63,285 nt of DNA, filler included, from Octopus bimaculoides (GCF_001194135.2; 4 parts of 4 records of this genome joined end to end with filler, not necessarily neighbours in it); one strand, 5' to 3'. Counted from the whole stretch's first letter, positions 24,931-38,200 are shown. Numbers and translations: made by a program. The notes: generated by a model not told the origin, from the sequence alone.

Positions 24931-25285
24931 TTCATGATTGGATACCACAGTATAAGAGCTAATCTCTACAGAGGAATCAATAAGGCAGTTTCATCATAAC
25001 TGCTCTATTTGCTAAAGACAACAGACAAACCTCCCTCAAATCACACCCTACTATCCTAAAAAGGAAGCTTGTTACCGGTATACACAAATATGAGATGGTC
25101 ATGGATGTAACAAGTTTTACTTAAATAGGGCTGACCTAGGATTCAAAAGCAACTGCAACAACAACAAACTCTCTTCAGTAAACAGCAGCAGCAAAGTAAA
25201 ATTGACGAGTTTTTAGTCTGCAATACTGACTATAACGGTTGAGGTGAACGTTCTTTGTGTGCGCGCGCGTGTGTGTGTGTGTGTG

Positions 25286-25385
25286 NNNNNNNNNNNNNNN
25301 NNNNNNNNNNNNNNNNNNNNNNNNNNNNNTTAATTAATTAANNNNNNNNNNNNNNNNNNNNNNNNNNNNNNNNNNNNNNNNNNNN
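25286..25385. other. Artificial 100-bp scaffold linker (44 N + TTAATTAATTAA + 44 N); also at 50182-50281 and 59304-59403
   Basis: The identical 44+12+44 layout occurs three times, and the 12-mer has stops in all six frames. Assembly artefact. Confidence 0.95.
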
Positions 25386-25465
25386 TATATATATGAGTGA
25401 AAGATGTATGTGTGTGTGTTTATGTATATATATATGAGTGAAAGAGATGTCTACGTGTATATATA

Positions 25466-25517
<52 letters not shown>

Positions 25518-26229
25518 TAGATAGATGGATAGATGTGCGTATGGACATGTGTGTGTGTGTGCATATATATATATATATATACATACACATACAGGAGGTG
25601 AGAGAGAAAGCAACTGTCACTATGACCACCGCTATAGATTGAAATAGCTTTCTTTTTTTGATATAAGACAGGATGGTGAAGGTGGAGAAAATCAGCACAC
25701 ATCTTTTCTTTATGTAGAATTAGCAAAGACGGTAAATTTGGCGCCGTGGTTAAAACGCCAGAAGTAACAGAATTGGTTGCCAACAGTTTTGTGGATCAAT
25801 TCATCTTTAGCTTGGCATACCTTGTTAATCGCTTGTAATTAACGAATAAAAACAAAGACAATAAATAAATGTATAAATACATACATTACTAAGAAATGGC
25901 TAAATGGTCTTGTAAAGACATTTCTTCAGAATGTGTCACTAACACTATTGTATTTATGTGGTGTACACTATTTATAATTATTTGTAGTATCTGGGTCTGG
26001 TATGTTCGTGTGTTCATTTCAATCTATTCTAAGTACTTGTGGTTGTTGCCGTTATACCAAAATCACTGCCTATCATACCTTGGCTTAGTAAAAACAAAAG
26101 ACCAAGTACAGCTAGTGAGATACCAATTGTTTTTCGGTGCTGGAGGGGGCAAAGACACTTACCGTGCAGCTTTTCGATACCAAATCTACCCAGGGTCACA
26201 TCTGGTTCCACAATACAAGCTTTCCTGTT

Positions 26230-26417
26230 TTAACCCTTTTGATACCAACCCATCTGAAACCACCTCTGGTTCTGGAGTACAACTGTCTTGTTGCAAAAGT
26301 TCTGAATTAAAATCTTCCAAGAAAAATCTGTTATTTTACCAAATTCTTTGTTATATTTAAAATTAATTGAAAGAAACACAGAGCATCTCAACAGAAATAT
26401 GGAAACAAAAGGGTTAA
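26230..26417. mobile_element. piggyBac-type MITE (180 bp) with TTAA target duplication
   Basis: TTAA-CCCTTTTG (26230-26241) ... CAAAAGGG-TTAA (26406-26417). Confidence 0.88.
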
Positions 26418-26433
26418 AGTCACCATGATATTT

Positions 26434-26780
26434 TTAACCCTTTTGATACCAACCTAGCTGAAACTGCCTCTGGCTCTATAATACAAATGTCTTGTTTTCC
26501 AAAGTTCTGAATTAAAATCTTCCACCAAATCTTAGTCAAAATGACAGTTATTTTACTTAATTCTTGATTATTTTCAAAATTTATTGGAACTCGATGCTGT
26601 GTATTTCAACAGAGGTATGGATCTAATGTGATATAAATTAAAAGCTTTCAAAATTTAACATTATGTCCCAAAAACCAATTTAACAATGACAAAGTTATTT
26701 TTCTAGATTCTTCATTATTTCAAAATTAATTGAAACCACCGTACTCTATTTCAACAGAAGTACGGTAACAACACTATTAA
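26434..26780. mobile_element. Second, more degenerate copy of the same MITE with an internal duplication
   Basis: Starts TTAACCCTTTTGATACCAACC, like 26230; the 3' half appears twice; the right TIR is decayed. Confidence 0.75.
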
Positions 26781-28419
26781 TCAGCAGTCACAATAGGCCA
26801 AAAGAAATTTTGCACCTTTACGCACCTGTGCTTCACAGAGTATTTTTCCAGCACTCACCTCTTGCATTTACTCTTATTATGCTAATTGTTACCTGACAAC
26901 TAATTACTTCACCATACAGAAAAAAAAAAAACATGACACAGAGACCGGTGAAAAACATTTCAATCCCTCAAAACTATTAGTCGCCTGACTCAACATGACA
27001 TCGTTATATTTTAGAAAACGATTAACACAGTTGCCTTGTAATTAGATGGCAGTTCAACATCTTCCGTTATACAGATCTACCATTGTTGCTATGATGTATA
27101 AAAGTGTTCCTTACCATATCAGTAACACAGTTTGAAATTGCAAGGTACACTTCACATAGGTCCAGGACAGTGGGCGCAGTGTGTGGCACCTTGAGCTAAC
27201 TTCTGTAATAGCCTTCAGTCAACTCTAAAGAATGAAATTAAGTTGGCGGAAAGCTGGATGGAATTCTGGCTTAAGTGTCCCCATATAACCCCTCATAATT
27301 TTTTTTTACTTTTTGGAATTTTCAGAAAATTTTTTGGGAAATTTGTGCTCTACACATGGGAATTCATACATTCATGGTGGGTGGGGAGAAGCAAAAAGAT
27401 TTGTTTGGTATGTGATTTAAGGACTATTTGGCTGTTATTTTTAGCACATCTCATGACCACCTGATGCTTCATTTCTTTGTCACTTTGACATATTAATGTT
27501 TTTTCAATATCTTTCTCTCCATAAACATTTAATGGTCCATTGCTGGGATTTAAGCAAAACATTCAGACTGTCCGTATTTTAAACTCCAATTTTAAAGAAA
27601 TAAACCAGAATTCCACCAAAATATTCTATCAACCCCAAAAGGATGAAAGGCAAAGTCAAACTTGGCAGAATTCAAACTTAGAAGTTGAAAATGGGAGAAA
27701 TGTCTCTAAGGCGGTGCTCCAGCATGGCCGCAGTCAAATGACTGAAACAATTAAAAGATTAAGCATTTTGCCAAGCGGGCTAATGATCCTGCCAGGCTAA
27801 TGGGCTAATGATTTAGCATTTAATCCAGTCAGATCCAGCTGACTGATGCCTGTTACAAGACATGAAACATCCAGTGATTCTAAACTACAACACTACATGT
27901 ATAAGAAAGTAGAAACAAATTACCCACAGTTCTGAACAGTCAAGTTGTTACTTGATGAAGATTTGGCTACTATTTCTAGAAAATCAAACCAACACACACA
28001 GCTGGGCAAGATCAACTCAACACCATACAACAGTTGTTGCAGCTCTACACTTATGCTCTACATCTGTAGCTTTTAATCGATAATACAATGTTCAGAGCAA
28101 CACATTTATCATGTTTAGCGTCCGTCTCATTAATTGCAATGTGCTTGTCGCAACTTGAGTATAAGAGTGCAGAGGTAACTTCTGTTAGATTTAGCAATTG
28201 TCCACATCACTGGCATGGCTGGGTGGTATGAAATTTGCTTCCCTTCAAGGCAGTGCCCCAGCATGGCCGCAGTCTCGTGACTGAGACAAGTAAAAACAAA
28301 GAAGAAACAAAAATGATACCTTGAATACAAATCTTTCCCAGAGCACCATTTTGAAGTCCCTAATGCCTGCAGATAGGTTTGCAGTCTCCTAATGGATATT
28401 AAAATAATGCTTTACTTGT

Positions 28420-28986
28420 TTAAGCCTAATTTAGTATTTAATCCAACTAAATCCGGCCCAAATATTCTGTTTTATGTTAAAACTGACCTGATCCAACCTC
28501 TCATACCTACCCTACAATCATCATCATCTAGTGTTTTAAATCTGGGTTTGTCCCATTAACAGGGGTGGCTGGATCTACCTCAATGCCATAGCAACCGAGG
28601 TAGGCAGGTGCAGCCCACCCCAACCTTTGGGCTGGCTGGTGCCCATTCTCCTTTGCTATCATGAGGCTTTTTTGGAGCTGGATTTTCTACAGGGAGCATC
28701 CCCTTGCTTACCCCCAACCTCAGTTCCTAGACATAGGTGGACCCAAGACCAAGGCCTCTACCACGATTTTTAAGAAATCTGGTGGGAAACTAGCTCAGGA
28801 AAGCAGGGACGCTACTCCATGAGATCCCTTTCAGACCTCCCACCACTACCTACAATGTCATTCTCAAAAATGTACAAACAACACCATTGGAATCTCAAAG
28901 CTAGGAGATAATCCATGATTAATTCAAACCAATGTGAATAGATAAGCTTTACATTTGACAGAGTAACCTGGATGCTAAAGGGTTAC
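28420..28986. mobile_element. TTAA-type MITE interrupted by a 330-bp retroposed insertion
   Basis: Right end ...GATGCTAAAGGG-TTAC. Insertion 28519-28848 is flanked by CCTACAAT (28511-28518, 28849-28856) and begins with a (CAT)n tail. Confidence 0.7.
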
Positions 28987-29464
28987 ACACAGCTGGAGCA
29001 AAGAAAAGGGCTTTTTCTTTCTTTCTATGAACCATCTTGGAGCAGTTTGGAAAAAAAAACAAAAAAAAGAATAATGGTTTCTTGCTTTGGCACAAAGCTT
29101 GAGGTTTGTAAAGGAGGATTGGGGTGGGGGTAGGGAGAACTCTGTCATTTGAATCAGGTCGTTAACAAGCTGCGTAATTATTTTATTGACCCTCGGCAGG
29201 ATCTCGAGTATAGAATAAAGTGGAAGAACAACAGCTAAATTAATGCAAGAGGCGTTTGTTGAGATTGCTGCCAACTTGGCAGCCCAAATCTCAGAGGAAT
29301 GAAATAATGTTTATTTCTCTGCCATGGAACACAAAGCAAAAATCTCCAAGAATTCTTTCTGGTTATTGGAATTGTCAATTAGTAGACCGAAGTTTTGAAA
29401 GAAAGGAAGGAAGGAAGGAAGAAAGAAAGAGTGTGTGTGTATGACTACAATTTTCATGAATTGT

Positions 29465-30075
29465 ATTGAGGTTCACCTTGGCTTCATGTTCCTTTTTTTT
29501 TTGTTTTTGCTGCTGTTTAGCCCCAGGTCAGCCCTGGTCAAGTAGGTTAATGATTAAAATGCCTCAGTTCAACATTGTTCCTTTATTTTCAAGATAACAG
29601 GGTATTGTTTTGAGGCAAATTTGGCTGCTATTTCAACCAGAACAACTAACTTTGCAGAGGTTTATCTTGGCTTGTATATCTGTTCTGTTTTGTGGTTTTT
29701 TTGTGTTTTTTTTTTCTTTGACCTTAGGTCAGTTCTGACCAAGTAGATCTGATCCACACATTCCAGTTCAATTTCAATATTACCCTCCACTTTTAAGATG
29801 ACAGTGTTATTTTGAGGCAGATTTGGTTGCTATTTCAACCAGTTCAATTAACTGAACAGACGTTCACCTTGGCTTCTATTTTTTGTTGTTATTGTCGTTT
29901 AGCCACAGAGCAGTCCTAATCAGTAAGATTAAAGCATTCCACCCATGACCATCATGTCTTTTCCCTATATGCAGGTAAAGTGGGGCCACATTATCCAATG
30001 TGTTTTTTTTTTTTTAAAGACAGAAACATGAATCTTAGGAAGATTTGGTTACTATTTCTAGCAAGTCAAAAAGCC
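29465..30075. repeat. Three to four diverged tandem copies of an unclassified ~180-200-bp interspersed repeat (family E)
   Basis: Recurrent TTTAGCCCCAGGTCA... and ...TTTGGCTGCTATTTC motifs; fragments also at ~15000-15120, 27960, 32420 and 33300. Confidence 0.7.
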
Positions 30076-30624
30076 ACATATTTTTTTTTTTTTTTATATA
30101 TATTCTGGACTGTGTTCCTGTCACGTCCAGTGGTGGCAGCGGTGATGGTCATAACACAAGTTTACCTTGGTTGGCACATTGACATTTGTCGACGCTGCTC
30201 TCATTTGATATATATCTCAGCTACACAAGGTCTGTGATTTATGAGGATATTGACACTAGAAAACTACTATCTGTGGTAGAGTGTGTGTATGTGAGGGGGT
30301 GGTGGTGTCTGTGACTTTGTTTATCGAGCTTGCTTAGGATGCATTATATTCTTAGAATGGTCTTTAGTAATATGGAAGTGTTGCAGATGTGTCTGGTTTT
30401 GGTAGAAGCGTGGGTTGTTCTCGAGCACTACTGGTAACATGTAACCCAGCACAACCTGTCGATTTGTCAGGTTGTCATTGGCTAAACTGGTCGGTAACCT
30501 CACCAAAGCTGCTCGGTGGGGGTCACCAGTGACTATTGGACACCCTGCCAAATGAAAAGCAAATCCCGTCAAAGGGCAGAGGAACTCAGGAGAGTCAACA
30601 GCCATGCAATCATGCATAACCATG

Positions 30625-30765
30625 CATGGCCTGGTGGTGAAGGTGTAGCACTCACGATTGCGAGATCAAGGTTTCGATTCCCAGACCAGCTATGCATTGT
30701 GTTCTTGAGCAGAACACTTCATTTCACATTGCTCCAGTTCTCTCAGCTGTAAAGAGGTAACTTTG
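30625..30765 (+). mobile_element. tRNA-derived SINE family F (CORE-like centre)
   Basis: TGGCCTGGTGGTGAAGG...GGTTTCGATTCCC...TGTGTTCTTGAGCA; homologs at 45265-45505, ~22140-22280 (-) and ~59760-59937 (-). Confidence 0.8.
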
Positions 30766-30872
30766 TGACATGCAAGGGTGAGATGGTGACTCGGGGAAAA
30801 ATCACCCAAATGGAGGTCTTGCGAGCCATGTTTTATATTCACTGGTCAAAAGGATGAATATAGTATAATCTA

Positions 30873-31103
30873 GGGCGGCGAGCTGGCCGAATCGTTAGCA
30901 CGCCAGGCGAAATGCTTTGCAGTATTTCATCTGTCTTTACGTTCTGAGTTCAAATTCCGCGGAGGTCGACTTTGCCTTTCGTCCTTTCAGGGTCGATTAA
31001 TTAAGTACCAGTTATGCACTGGGGTCGATGTACTCAACTTAATTCCTTTGTCTGTCCTTGTCTGTCCCCTCTATGTTTAGCCCCTTGTGGGCAATAAATA
31101 AAG
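30873..31103 (+). mobile_element. Full-length SINE family B with a 16-bp TSD
   Basis: TSD GAATATAGTA(T/C)AATCT at 30856-30871 and 31104-31119. Confidence 0.95.
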
Positions 31104-31453
31104 GAATATAGTACAATCTGTGCTGTGAAACCCAAGCAGTTTTGGATTGGTTGCTCTACACATCAGTTGATGAATGAATGAAAAACAAAAACGTGTCATT
31201 GTACAGATTACGGGTGAGATCACCACTGGGAAACTTCACCGTCAGCAATTTATCGCAGGAGAGTTCACCAGAAGCAAAGTTCACCGAGAAAATATTTCCA
31301 TAGTATCTCACCATTAATAGTTAAAAACTATATTATTGAAAAAATAATTGATGATGATGAACCACTAGCATAGCTGGGGTGGGGAGCACTAGGAGTGGTC
31401 CACCCCAGCTGGCACTTTTAAAGAGGCAGAAGTTTTGGGTCTGCTGTAGGCAG

Positions 31454-32179
31454 TATATGTTTCTTATTTCTTTATTGCCCACAAGGGGCTAAACATAGAG
31501 GGGACAAACAAGGACAGACAAAGGGATTAAGTCGATTACATCAACCCCAGTGCGTAACTGGTACTTAATTTATCGATCCCAAAAGGACGAAAGGCAAAGT
31601 CGACCTCGGCGGAATTTGAACTCAGAACGTAACAGCAGATGAAATACTGCTAAGCATTTCGCCCGGCGTGCTAACGTTTCTTATTTCTTTATTGCCCACA
31701 AGGGGCTAAACATAGAGGGGACAAACAAGGACAGACAAAGGGNNNNNNNNNNNNNNNNNNNNNNNNNNNNNNNNNNNNNNNNNNNNNNNNNNNNNNNNNN
31801 NNNNNNNNNNNNNNNNNNNNNNNNNNNNNNNNNNNNNNNNNNNNNNNNNNNNNNNNNNNNNNNNNNNNNNNNNNNNNNNNNNNNNNNNNNNNNNNNNNNN
31901 NNNNNNNNNNNNNNNNNAGTATATGTTTCTTATTTCTTTATTGCCCACAAGGGGCTAAACATAGAGGGGACAAACAAGGACAGACAAAGGGATTAAGTCG
32001 ATTACATCAACCCCAGTGCGTAACTGGTACTTAATTTATCGATCCCAAAAGGACGAAAGGCAAAGTCGACCTCGGCGGAATTTGAACTCAGAACGTAACA
32101 GCAGATGAAATACTGCTAATCATTTCGCCCGGCGTGCTAACGTTTCTGCCAGCTCGCCGCCTTAATATATATGTTTCTT
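31454..32179 (-). mobile_element. SINE family B tandem array spanning a gap, with a 12-bp TSD
   Basis: TATATGTTTCTT at 31454-31465 and 32168-32179; head-to-tail junction at ~31670-31690. The post-gap copy repeats the left junction, so the copy number may be partly an assembly artefact. Confidence 0.88.
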
Positions 32180-32614
32180 TGTGAAGTCCAGTGGTGGCGG
32201 GGGGTGGTCCACCCCGGGTGGCACTTTTGGGTCTGCTGTAGGCAATATGTTTTTTTGTGGGGTCCAGGAGTAGCAAATGGAAGGCCCACCCCGAGCGGCA
32301 CACACTCTAGCTACACTAGCACTGTACACTTATCGGACATGCATTGTTCATGTAGCAGCAGGGATTGTTTAACCTTGCTGCAATGTAAATTGTGCTGCTT
32401 GCATGTACAAGCACTTGTCATTTAGCCCCAGGTCAATCCTGATCCAGGTAGATCTATAATCAAAGAAATTCTTGGTGTGACCAACTCGACAGTCTCATGG
32501 CTCTCACAATCTGTTTCTCCACACTCAGTTTCCCTTTCCTGCTACAGAGGAACCCTATCAAAGATCATTTTAATGGTTTGTTCTGAGCTAAAATGTTTGC
32601 TCATCTTTGCCTCA

Positions 32615-32776
32615 TTAACCCATATTAACCCACTGTCCTCATTTGAGGGCAGTTGTATTTGGTTTATTTACTGCAATAAAGGTTAACTGGACGCTTCCAT
32701 ATGTTTGTTATACCTTTTTATATATATAACTATCTTCCAAACCTCAACAGGGTTAACCTGGGTTAAAATGGGTTAA
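32615..32776. mobile_element. Small TTAA/CCC-ended MITE-like element
   Basis: Nested TTAACCC...GGGTTAA ends (TTAACCCATATTAACCC ... GGGTTAAAATGGGTTAA). Confidence 0.55.
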
Positions 32777-33689
32777 GATGTAGAATTATGTTAAGGGCAT
32801 ACATGTCTGTGAAGTGCTCGTACATTTCTATGTTAATTTCACGAGCAGGCTGTTCTGTCAATCAGATCAGCTGGAACCCTCGTCATCGTAACCTACAGAA
32901 TGTCAGTTTTTTTTTCTTTTTCTTTTTCTTTTCTTTCCTTTTTTTTCTGTTTAAAGATGGATGTCATTAGCAGTACCATGTTCTGGCAGAAATCCAAACC
33001 GATTCTCATCTATGTTGGTTTGTGTGTATAAATACATGAATGTATGCCTGTATGTGTGTGTAGGGATGACTGTGTTTGAGAAATTCACTTCCCAACCATG
33101 TTGCTTTGGGCTCAGTTCTACTGCATGGCAGCTTTGGCAAATGTCTTCTACTGTAGCCCTGGGCCAACCAAAACTTAATAAGGGGATTTGGTAGGCAGGC
33201 ACTGATGGTAGGGTGTTGTTTAAGGAGAAATTTATCTGCTATATGAAGCCAGTTGACTGGTCTGATAGGAACCCCAGCCTTTTAAATCTGCTTTTGTTTT
33301 TGTTGTCAGCCTCAGGTTAGCCCTGGCTATACTGACTTGTTATCAAAGGAATTCTTCTAGTAACCATCACATCTGTTTCCTTGACCTTATGATCGAAGAC
33401 AATCCAGGCATGATCATCCTGTCTTTTCTTCTCAATCATTATATTTAGAAGTACACACATTCCAATATTCTTTTATTCCTTTCAGTCGTTTGACATAGCT
33501 ATGCCTCTGCCTCACCATCGGGGTTGAAAAGAGCAGATGACAGAGGGCGCTAGTTTGACATTTCCATCTTTGCTACATAGACTTTTAGGCATCTTGATTC
33601 TAGATTATTCCTAACATGAGGAACTTTTTCTTGAATTCCTCAGCTGATTTCATTTTGAGAAATATTATATTCATGTGGAACCATTAATC

Positions 33690-33805
33690 TGAACATGTTC
33701 TTTCTCTCTTCATTTGTTCCTTTTGTCACCTTCTGTCGAAGAGTGTAGGCTCAGAACGTCAAAGACTTTTCCATTTTTCTCAAGTGCCTAACTAATACAC
33801 CTACA
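33690..33805 (+). mobile_element. Penelope-like pLTR fragment with a decayed hammerhead-like motif
   Basis: CCTT-CTGTCGA-A-GAGT gtag GCTC-AGAA-CGT-C-AAAG at 33729-33764; homologous to 9470-9570. Confidence 0.6.
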
Positions 33806-34119
33806 CATATGTTATGCATGTATATAATATGAATGCATTTACATATAATATACATGATGATTCCGATATAAAAGAAAAGTCCATATTTCTGAGGGTCCAA
33901 AAACTATACTTACTTATCTATTCCTGTGTGTTTCTTGAACTGGAATTAACTTTGCAAGATAACATTAATTCCTTGTAGTGTTTCTATCTGCTAGTTATCC
34001 ATCTTTTTTTAATGAGTGCATACACCAGGAATTCATAGAAAATTACTAATTTTGTATCTAGAAATAACTAAATGCTTTCTTTTCATCTGTTTATCTTTCT
34101 ATCGATCTATCTCAACCAT

Positions 34120-34167
<48 letters not shown>

Positions 34168-34419
34168 ATGTGTGTGTGTATGGTTATCTATCTATCTATC
34201 TAAGTATAAGTCTATCTAAGTATAAGTCTATCCATCAATTGATTTATCCAGTCATTTTTTGTCTGCCTATAATTTGCTTGTCTTTCTTTTTCTTTTTAGT
34301 TTCTTCACCTCTTCTTCATATCTCTCTTTCTCTCACTCCCTCCCTCCCTCTCTCCCTCCTTATCTCTCTCCATATTCCTCTGGACTGTCTTATCTATTTC
34401 TGTCTATCCTCCACTACCT

Positions 34420-34454
<35 letters not shown>

Positions 34455-35129
34455 TTGACTTCACAAATACGATTTCTTGTAAAACATCTTGTCAATGTAA
34501 TCACAGCCATAGTATATAGCTATTGTTCTTGTTGCAACAGTTACAGCTCCAATATAAATGATAGGAACAGTAAAAATTTCAATCTATCTTGAAATGTTCA
34601 ACTGAAAATAGCTCACCAAAATCTATAGCAGTGTTTGTTTGTATTTGTTTTGGTTCCATTTCTTGATCTATAAGTATCCAAAACTTTAAACTCCACATCT
34701 GCCAATATTCAAATAGATTGGCGTTCAATAGATTTCTTTTATTAATCTTCCTTGCTTTGTTTTTGTTGTTTTTTTCCCATTTATTTCTACTGTCTCTATT
34801 TTGTCTGACAAAGACCAATGGATTCCTTTGTTTATATATTTATTATTTTTTAATGTATTTTTTTAAATTATTTTAATGTATTGTTTTATGCTTGTTTTAT
34901 ACAACTGTTCTCTTTCTAATCTGGTCTTTGGGGTAAAGGTTCTTCTGGTCTTTGAAATGAAAAGAAAATCTTCATCATGCCAGGGAATGTCTTTGACCTC
35001 AATCTACCAAGCATTAAAATATCATTTACCATTTTATTTATTTATTAATGGCTTGGGTTGGATTGGAAGAAGGGGCTGTCTCCAAGTCCTTTGTTGGCCC
35101 TCCAAAAACCAAAAACCCCAGTACTAATT

Positions 35130-35445
35130 ATTTCTTGTAAAGCCTGCTCTCAGTCTGTTTTGCCAAACCGCTAAGTTACAGGGACATAAACACACCAACG
35201 CTGGCTGTCACACGATGAGGTACAAACACATACACAAAGATGCACTTGCGTGCACACACACACATACACACTGACTCTCATATACATATATACTTGACAG
35301 GCTTCTTTCAGTTTCCTTCTACCAAATCCATTCACAAGGCTTTGGTCGGCCCGGGGCTGTAATAAAAGACACTTGCCCAAGGTGTCACACAATGGGACTT
35401 GAACCTAGAACGACGTGGTTTGGGAAGCAAACTTCGTACCACACA
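35130..35445 (-). mobile_element. SINE family C
   Basis: Reverse complement of head, internal microsatellite and part of the tail. Confidence 0.88.
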
Positions 35446-35571
35446 TCATCATTTAATGTCTGTTTCCAGTGCTAGAATAGGTTATCTTCATTGACAGGTG
35501 CCAGCATACTCGGGTGGGGGCGGGGGGGGGGCGGTGGTGACTGTGCCAAGCACCATTACATAGATGCATAT

Positions 35572-35604
<33 letters not shown>

Positions 35605-36389
35605 TATATTATATCAATCTATGTTTACATTACATACTTATCACTGTCTTTTGTTTAACATATTTTAGGCATTTTAAGATCAGCCCCTTGCGACCAATGA
35701 AAATATTATTATTGTTATTATAAATATTATTATTATTATTATTATTATTAGAACTAACCTAGAAACCTATCTATCTTTACTGCAGTTTGGTTGAGGATCA
35801 GATTACAAACAAAAAAGAAAAAGACATTACTTAATATTTGGGCCTACATTTCCAGTTAAAAATACACCTGTGTAGTTTACCTGGTTGGTGGCGGAGGTGG
35901 TGGCGGAGGTGGGAATAACTGAGGTGGTGGTGGTGGTAGTATAGATAGTGGTGCTATTTTGTCAGTCTCTTTGTCTCTATCTCTCTCTCTCTTTCTCTCT
36001 TTCTCTCTCTCTCTCTCTCCCTCTATCTATCTATCTATCTTTTGAACAGGTAATCTTGGTTGGTTGCTTAGCAGGAATATAAATTTACAGCATTAATGAT
36101 GAGATTTGATTGTTAGCCTGCTTTTGTTTTGCATGTTGAAGGGTGTGGAGGGTGGGGTCTGGGTACAGTAACAGCAGCAAGGTGGGAGAGCGGGAGACTG
36201 GAGTGGGGAAAGAGAGAGAGCAACCAAGATTACTTTCTCATTCCAGAAGTTTTCAAAAGTTTGCGTACACTTAGAGTTTTGTACTAAACAAGACACTCAG
36301 GTGATTCTCTGCTCTGCTCGTTGTCACCTTACAAAAGTTTCAGTTACGAGTATTCAAAACTTAGTCATCAGACACACACATCATCATCA

Positions 36390-36770
36390 TCATCATCATA
36401 ATTATTATTTAACGTATTTTGTCCAAGCTGGTATGGGTTGGAGAGGAGTTGGCCAGCCAAAGAGCAACCCCGATGCCATGTCTGATTCGGGCATGGTTTC
36501 TACAGCTGTTTGCCATTCCTAAAGCCAACCACTTTAGACATTACTGTTGTTTTTAACAATCGCCAATACATACTTGCACAGGTCAGGAGGGATTTAGTGA
36601 GGCAAATTTTTCTACAGCCAGGTGCTCTTCCTGTCACCAACCAACCCTCACCTGTTTCCAAGCAAGGTAATAATCCCCCATGACCAGACTCATAGAGGAT
36701 TGGAAACAAGATCATTTGTATAACAGTGATGCTTGTTTACAGCCATCATGTGATGTCAAGACAAGGGAAC
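36390..36770 (-). mobile_element. RTE-3'UTR-derived repeat pieces / family G tail
   Basis: (CAT)n tail, ATGGGTTGG and TTTCTACAGC...CTTCCTG..ACCAACC motifs shared with 44920-45170, 47453-47760, 60880-61110 and 62600-62820. Confidence 0.7.
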
Positions 36771-37669
36771 ACAGCCCACCACTCTATATGTATGTGTGTG
36801 TGTGTGTGTGCGCGTGTGTATACACACGGACACACACATTGTACTTAAATGCATTTACACACAAGCATTACATTTGAACACACATCACATTTCAGTCACA
36901 CATTCACTACTGTATTCACACACACACACACACACATCCACATACACACATCTTGGCTATCTCCATTACTTAATCAAGACACATATATATACATATATNN
37001 NNNNNNNNNNNNNNNNNNNNNNNNNNNNNNNNNNNNNNNNNNNNNNNNNNNNNNNNNNNNNNNNNNNNNNNNNNNNNNNNNNNNNNNNNNNNNNNNNNNN
37101 NNNNNNNNNNNNNNNNNNNNNNNNNNNNNNNNNNNNNNNNNNNNNNNNNNNNNNNNNNNNNNNNNNNNNNNNNNNNNNNNNNNNNNNNNNNNNNNNNNNN
37201 NNNNNNNNNNNNNNNNNNNNNNNNNNNNNNNNNNNNNNNNNNNNNNNNNNNNNNNNNNNNNNNNNNNNNNNNNNNNNNNNNNNNNNNNNNNNNNNNNNNN
37301 NNNNNNNNNNNNNNNNNNNNNNNNNNNNNNNNNNNNNNNNNNNNNNNNNNNNNNNNNNNNNNNNNNNNNNNNNNNNNNNTTCCTAGAGAACTAAAAACAT
37401 TTGTCTCCCCTTACACACACTTCCTGTTTTGACACCACACTTCCTGCTTAACACAAACTTTTAAACCTAACACAACTCTCAATTCTCATGCATCCTCATT
37501 TTGTACTTCTTTGTAAAAGACATTTTCATTCTCCTTGAAAATTTACTTCGCAATGAAAGCCAGTTAGAAATCTTTATTAAAATATGCTTCCAGTTTAGCA
37601 TTCTGCCTTATTCTTCATTTTCCTATTATTTCTCCACGTGCGGTTAATACAACCCCACTATTTACTGAC

Positions 37670-37719
<50 letters not shown>

Positions 37720-37959
37720 TATGACTTCTTTTTTCCTTTGTCCTTTATTATGTTACTTCCCTAATTCACTTTCCACAATTTTCCACAAATCTATTTATTT
37801 CAACTATCTTCTCTGTCTTTTCTTCGTTTTTTCCTTTCTTTTTTTTCCTCCTCATCTCTGTCCCACTTTCATTCATTCATTTATTCATTCACCATTTTTC
37901 TTTCTTCACTTTCTTGCTTTGATTCAGTTTTGCTCTCCTTCATTATTGCCATATTTTTC

Positions 37960-38200
37960 TTCTCTCTCTCTCTCATTCTCTCTCTCTCTCTTTCTTTCTC
38001 TCTCTATTTCTTTCTCTCTCTCTATTTCTCTCTCTCTCTCTTTCTCTCTCTATCTTTCTCTCTCTCTTTCTCTCTCATTCTCTCTCTCTTTATCTCTCCC
38101 TCCTTCTTTGTGCTCTTCTTGCTTTCTTTCTTCTCTTTCTTTCCTTTCATCTCCTTTCCTTCTCTCTGTCTATTTTCCTTTTCTTTCTTCCTTTCTTTCC
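37960..38200. repeat. Long (CT/CTTT)n polypyrimidine microsatellite
   Basis: Directly visible; source of the 241-aa and 183-aa Ser/Leu/Phe pseudo-ORFs. Confidence 0.95.

Noticed and set aside
25330-25341. TTAATTAATTAA islands between N-runs (also 50226-50237 and 59348-59359)
   Set aside because: The identical 44N+12+44N layout is an artificial scaffolding linker, not biology.
29465-30075. Regularly spaced repeats as a CRISPR-like array
   Set aside because: Eukaryotic context, long diverged units, no conserved short repeat with unique spacers and no cas genes.
31918-32160. Post-gap SINE B copy as an additional array unit
   Set aside because: It repeats the left flank junction AGTATATGTTTCTTATTTC exactly, so it may be a redundant overlap or alternative haplotype; it is not counted as independent evidence.
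35880-35990. Minus-strand polyproline stretch (formin-like) ending at CAG|GTAAAC
   Set aside because: Derived from (GGT)n; the upstream (GATA)n closes frames and there is no plausible acceptor.
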